Part shown: piece by piece, positions 60,119 to 64,000 of the stretch
How the letters are laid out: every line of letters starts with the position of its first letter
Numbering within the stretch: the first letter of the stretch is position 1
Assembly (NCBI RefSeq): GCF_902459465.1
Contig: NC_047063.1
Coordinates: 14,012,001-14,076,000 of the forward strand
DNA from: Asterias rubens
Lineage: Eukaryota
Length of the DNA: 64,000 nt
Direction of reading: 5' to 3'
Translations under genes and position numbers: made by a program
Notes under the pieces: generated by a model
Databases searched by the model: none
The model's input: only the letters and a program-made list of their open reading frames with translations
Told to the model about the DNA's origin: nothing

Positions 60119-60293
60119 AATTCATCAAAGACTGAACCCAACAACTAACACAGCCATCGTTTTGGCAGAATGTCATCCAGCGATGGAAGATCAAAAACAA
60201 GAAAGAAAAAATACCAAAACGAAAATTTTGAAAAAGGAAAAGCCAGAGGTTGCCACCACAACATACCACCGGCACCATACTTACGTTACTTAC

Positions 60294-60416
60294 TTCAGGA
60301 GCTTGGCGTTTGACTCTTCTACTGTATCCGCCACCTGCAATCGGTTTGATGGCCTGGCGGGAAACGATACCGTGTGGTACATAGTCTTTATCCTTGCAGT
60401 CACCCTCGGGGAGTGC
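60294..60416 (-). CDS. KDM5: KDM5 exon (ALPEGDCKDKDYVPHGIVSRQAIKP...RQAPE)
   Basis: Resembles KDM5 KDKEYKPH.I..RQ. AG/GTAAG, phase 0-0. Confidence 0.88.
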
Positions 60417-60474
60417 CTTTCAGAGACAAGGAGGGGGGGGGGGGTTAAAGGTAGGGTCACAGATTGCTAAATAC

Positions 60475-60873
60475 TAAGCCTGGGCGACTAGTGCGACAAG
60501 CATCATAGTCGCGATTACTGATTGCTAAGTCAATCGCGACTACCGTTTTATAACTACTCGGTTAATCGTGCCGCCACGACTTCTACAAAAACAGTCACCA
60601 CTACTACCAAAATAATGGTGAAATTAATAATTGGTGAACCCATTGTGTCGCTCACGACTGTTCACGACCAGATAATTTACTTATGAAACATGATCAGACA
60701 TCAGTGACCAAATCCTACAATTTTTTCAGCTTGAATTTTACTATTGCGCCAGCGGCAAACATAATGCTGCCATGCATCTTGGGAATTAAAAATACGTCAC
60801 GACTAGTGTCAAAGTCACGACTATTTGAGGCGCGACTAGTCGAGTAGTGAATGTCACTTGTCGCCAAGGCCTA
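60475..60873. mobile_element. hAT-type MITE, TIR taagcctgggcgac / gtcgccaaggccta, 8-bp TSD (c/g)taaatac
   Basis: TSD 60467-60474 vs 60874-60881 (1 mismatch). Many subterminal cgacta/tagtcg motifs. Confidence 0.78.
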
Positions 60874-61402
60874 GTAAATACTCAAAACATTTATAAACAT
60901 CAAAACCTACTTGGTGAGAATCACTGCAGTTGTTTATACTGTTGAGAAAGGATTCCCTCTGGTTTGGATAGCTTTTTAACCCAAAACATTTGAATCTGAG
61001 AAACGATTCATGCATGAATAAATTGTCAGATTTCTGAGGAGCGGTATCCATTTGCGAATGCTGAGGTAAGATTGGTACTCCCTGTTGCTTGCTCATTGTA
61101 GATAGATTCAACATTCATGTGAAAATACAGTGACAGTTTGTTGCTATTTTGTCAGCAAGTAGACACTGAATTCATCTGAAACTTTCACATGTGACTTTTA
61201 TTGTAGCTTTCTTTATAGTTTTGCCTATAAATAAGCATGATGTTAACAACATCCAATCTATGACCCTACCTTTAAAGTGGGGACTGACAGCATGATCATG
61301 TACACAGAATTATGAATTCTAACCAAGTTACTACATACTCACGCTGGCCGTCACATCACAATGATGGCGTTCTTGTGATGTTACAGCCTTGCATGTGTGC
61401 AG

Positions 61403-61588
61403 TAAAGGCCAAGTCACACTGCAGCGATAACGAAAACGACAACGTTTACAACACAAAGAGAACGCATTCTATTGGTTGAAATGCTCCACGCAGAATATGC
61501 CCACGCCCATTCAACCAATCAAGGGCGTGCATTGTTAACATTCTTTGTTGTCGTTCTTGTTATCGAGGCCTGTGTGACCAGGCCGTAA
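61403..61588. mobile_element. Hairpin MITE, diverged third copy
   Basis: Homologous to 54098-54282. Confidence 0.75.
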
Positions 61589-61703
61589 CTGGGTAATAGT
61601 TCATCATTTCTGCATACAGTCACAGGTCTGCTATGATCATGAAGATAGTCCCCCTTTAATGGAGGTGTACACCTAGAGATCAAACTACTACATACTATAC
61701 TTG

Positions 61704-61844
61704 CAAAAAATAGTTAATGGCCTGACGTTTCGACCCTAGCATAGTCTTTCTCTCGGTCCAAACGTCAGGCCATTAACTATTTTTTGCATTTATACCATCG
61801 GTCCATTTGGTTGGTAAGTTGTTTGCACAGCTTATTCTATTTTC
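61704..61844. mobile_element. Short insertion with 29-bp perfect inverted repeat and 14-bp flanking direct repeat (Penelope-like)
   Basis: acatactatacttg at 61690-61703 and 61845-61858. IR 61702-61730 / 61760-61788 containing gacgtttcg. Confidence 0.6.
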
Positions 61845-61980
61845 ACATACTATACTTGTAATAATCCCCATGTAAACCAAAGTGTATCAGGCTTGAATCC
61901 TGAAATCAAGTGGTTAACGCAACCTTAAACGCACATGCTTTGTTCCGATAATCTGAAGAAGATTATTTGGTGTATGTATC

Positions 61981-62095
61981 CAGGCCTATATGCTTCGTTT
62001 TTGAAAGGGCATGGGCACCAAAGCAGTTTCTCTTTAATAAAGGGGGCTTGACAAGGGGCAATCGCCTTCATTGCCTCCGTGAAATATAAGACCTG
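61981..62095. mobile_element. hAT-like CAGG..CCTG MITE, 6-bp near-TSD tgtatc/tgtttc
   Basis: Reverse-orientation relative of 47737-47913. Confidence 0.65.
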
Positions 62096-62136
62096 TGTTT
62101 CAAAATCAACAATTAAAGGTATGCAGTGCTAACTGA

Positions 62137-62450
62137 TTAAAGGGACACATTGCCTTGGATCGGGCGAGTTGGTCTATGAGAAGCGTTTGAAACCGTTTGT
62201 TTTCCTTGTACGTCATGAACTAACCCGACACGCCATTTTGCGGAGTCAAGTTTTTGACTCCGTAGAATGGCTGACCATGTTACAGTAATTCGCAAAGTAA
62301 AAGGAAAACCACGCAATTGAGGCATATTTGTGTGGAACATTATATTCTACTTTTAAAACATCTTTCTGACCATATGCATTTTATAACAAACTGTCTCAAA
62401 ACACTTTTCATAGACCAACTCGTCCGATCCAAGGCAACGAGTCCCTTTAA
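62137..62450. mobile_element. TTAA MITE family C, copy 2
   Basis: ttaaagggacacattgccttggatcgg..ccgatccaaggcaacgagtccctttaa. Confidence 0.85.
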
Positions 62451-62515
62451 ATAAAGGACCAAACTTCTTAAAGCTATGGGGAAAACAACAAGTGAAAAAG
62501 AGAGAAAGTGCTTAC

Positions 62516-62623
62516 TACTGGAGTATCTAAAGTGGCACCAGCCTGGAAGATATCATACGGCCACAGAATCCGTTCGTAGTGCTTCATGAGCTGTGATCCT
62601 ACTGCTTTGGATGCAAAACCCAT
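62516..62623 (-). CDS. KDM5: KDM5, ARID C-terminal exon (MGFASKAVGSQLMKHYERILWPYDIFQAGATLDTPV)
   Basis: Matches KDM5 GS.L..HYERI..PY. cAG acceptor, GTAAG donor (alternative GT 3 nt upstream). Confidence 0.93.
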
Positions 62624-62671
62624 CTGTGTTTAGGACAAAAACAAATCAAAATACATATGTATTAATTTTGT

Positions 62672-63000
62672 TTTTTACCCATACACCGATGTGTGTTAGC
62701 ACTGTATACTCAGTACTTTCCAGAGTCCTGTGAAAAAATATCACAGGCATATTACTCATCACAACCCTTGCAATTCTAGAGCATTGTCTTACCAACTAGA
62801 CTACCAAGATTGCCTGGTAGCTAGAGGCAGTTCAAATCCTATGTTTTGGCAGCGGGTACTGCAACGAGATAAGATGTTAAGTTGCATCGGGGATAAAGAA
62901 TACTAATTTTTGTTTTTACCCATACACCGGTGTGTGTCAGCACTGTATACTCAGTACTTTCCCCCGAGTCCTGTGAAAAAATATCACAGGCATATTTCCT
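62672..63000 (-). mobile_element. tRNA-derived SINE fragments (same family as 56918-57300)
   Basis: Shared tttttacccatacaccgatgtgtgttagcactgtatactcagtac block. Confidence 0.78.
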
Positions 63001-63142
63001 GGGTGTTTATATTAAAAAACAATTCACGATTGCGAGGTAAGTTCAGTCAAATACTGAGTCAGTCTAGGAAGCTTTGCAATAGATTGAGATATTCTAATGC
63101 ACAAAACCTTTTGTGATTTTTAACAAGAAGCTTTGCTCATAC

Positions 63143-63211
63143 CTTGGTGGCCACTTTGCTCCATCTTCTTTCCCGGACACAGAGTTCAAATCCACCTTCA
63201 TCATTGACGAC
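63143..63211 (-). CDS. KDM5: KDM5, ARID exon (VVNDEGGFELCVRERRWSKVATK); upstream exons outside window
   Basis: ARID consensus GG..V...RW.KVA. tAG acceptor, GTATG donor, phase 0-0. Confidence 0.92.
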
Positions 63212-63239
63212 CTAAATAAATTAAAAAAAACACCGATAT

Positions 63240-63545
63240 GTAATAGTAATAATAATAACATAACATTTATAAGGCGCACAGTATCTGGAAACCATTCAAA
63301 GGCGTCAGGTTGCTAGCAAGTCCCCGTGGTGGTTGATTGAACGACAGATTGAAAAGATAAAATCTTGAGGTTGGGTTTGAATGTTTACAGATGAGGTGTG
63401 TCCCTCAACTTATCTGGTAAAGATTCTAGGGAAGCGGTGCGCAGCTGGAAAAGGCAGTCTCCATAGCTTGCAAAGGGAGTTTTGGGAACATAGAGTATGC
63501 GTGATGAAGATGAAGATCTAAGGCCTCAGAGTTTTAGCCAATTAT
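63240..63545 (-). mobile_element. L2 LINE 3' end (GLRSSSSSRILYVPKTPFASYGD...SLPDKLR...FKPNLK) with cgccttataaatg(tta)n tail
   Basis: Degenerate L2 C-terminal motif and characteristic tail. Confidence 0.75.
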
Positions 63546-64000
63546 TTATTCAAGAAAAAAAAACTTCTAACATGACAAGGAAAGTATGCTTTAGCAACCA
63601 GACTGAGTGCACTCGAGTGCATCGCTTTGGTTGGACCGGTTACGCATGACTGAATGATGGTTCGCTCCGGACAAAATCTTCGGTGAATAGGGCCTCCGGT
63701 CCCCCAAAAGGCTGCGTCGTATTCACTCTTATAATTAATGGCAATAATAAAACTTTTGGTTAGAAGCTTACAGCAGCTTGCGATGGTATAAAGCATTTTC
63801 AGAAACATTTTACTTCAGAGAATGTTCAGCCATATCTCAAAAAACACTACCACCTTTTGAAATGAAATTTTCACAGGTTAGTTTTATTGTAGACATCTAC
63901 AGTAATATAGGATAAAACAAATCGAACCGTTCCAAAAACCAAAGGTATACTTTGCCTTTAATAGACCTTATGCATTGACGGCATCCAGCCGCCATCTTAG

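Noticed and set aside
63542-63808. 88-aa minus ORF as an upstream KDM5 exon
   Set aside because: No JmjN/ARID similarity. The expected preceding exon lies beyond the window.

Overview
Eukaryotic (animal) genomic DNA, AT-rich and intron-rich. The repeat types suggest a marine invertebrate deuterostome such as a sea star (inference). Two multi-exon chromatin-regulator genes lie head-to-tail on the minus strand. (1) A KDM5/lid H3K4 demethylase: 25 coding exons from 63211 to the stop at 41074, 5940 nt in one continuous frame, 5' end outside the window. It covers ARID, PHD1, JmjC, C5HC2, PLU-1, PHD2 and PHD3, then a ~370-aa acidic/Pro-rich tail. (2) An ataxin-7 family gene (SAGA DUB module): 10 coding exons from ATG 34633 running off the window at position 1, with N-terminal zinc finger, SCA7 domain and C-terminal conserved block, and no polyQ. 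Exon chains were built by hand from GT-AG sites, and phases match at every junction. Introns carry many non-autonomous transposons: TTAA-flanked MITEs, CAG..CTG elements with 6-bp TSDs, a P-type MITE, hairpin MITEs, tRNA-derived SINEs, L2-type LINE 3' ends and Penelope-like scraps, plus four minisatellites. The most notable unexplained items are two diverged copies of an unidentified coding relic in ATXN7 introns, a 2.2-kb foldback element with ~850-bp arms, a minisatellite that flips orientation, the long KDM5 tail and tandem EHAY motifs, and a uORF whose stop overlaps the ATXN7 start. No prokaryotic system, CRISPR array or intact transposase was found.
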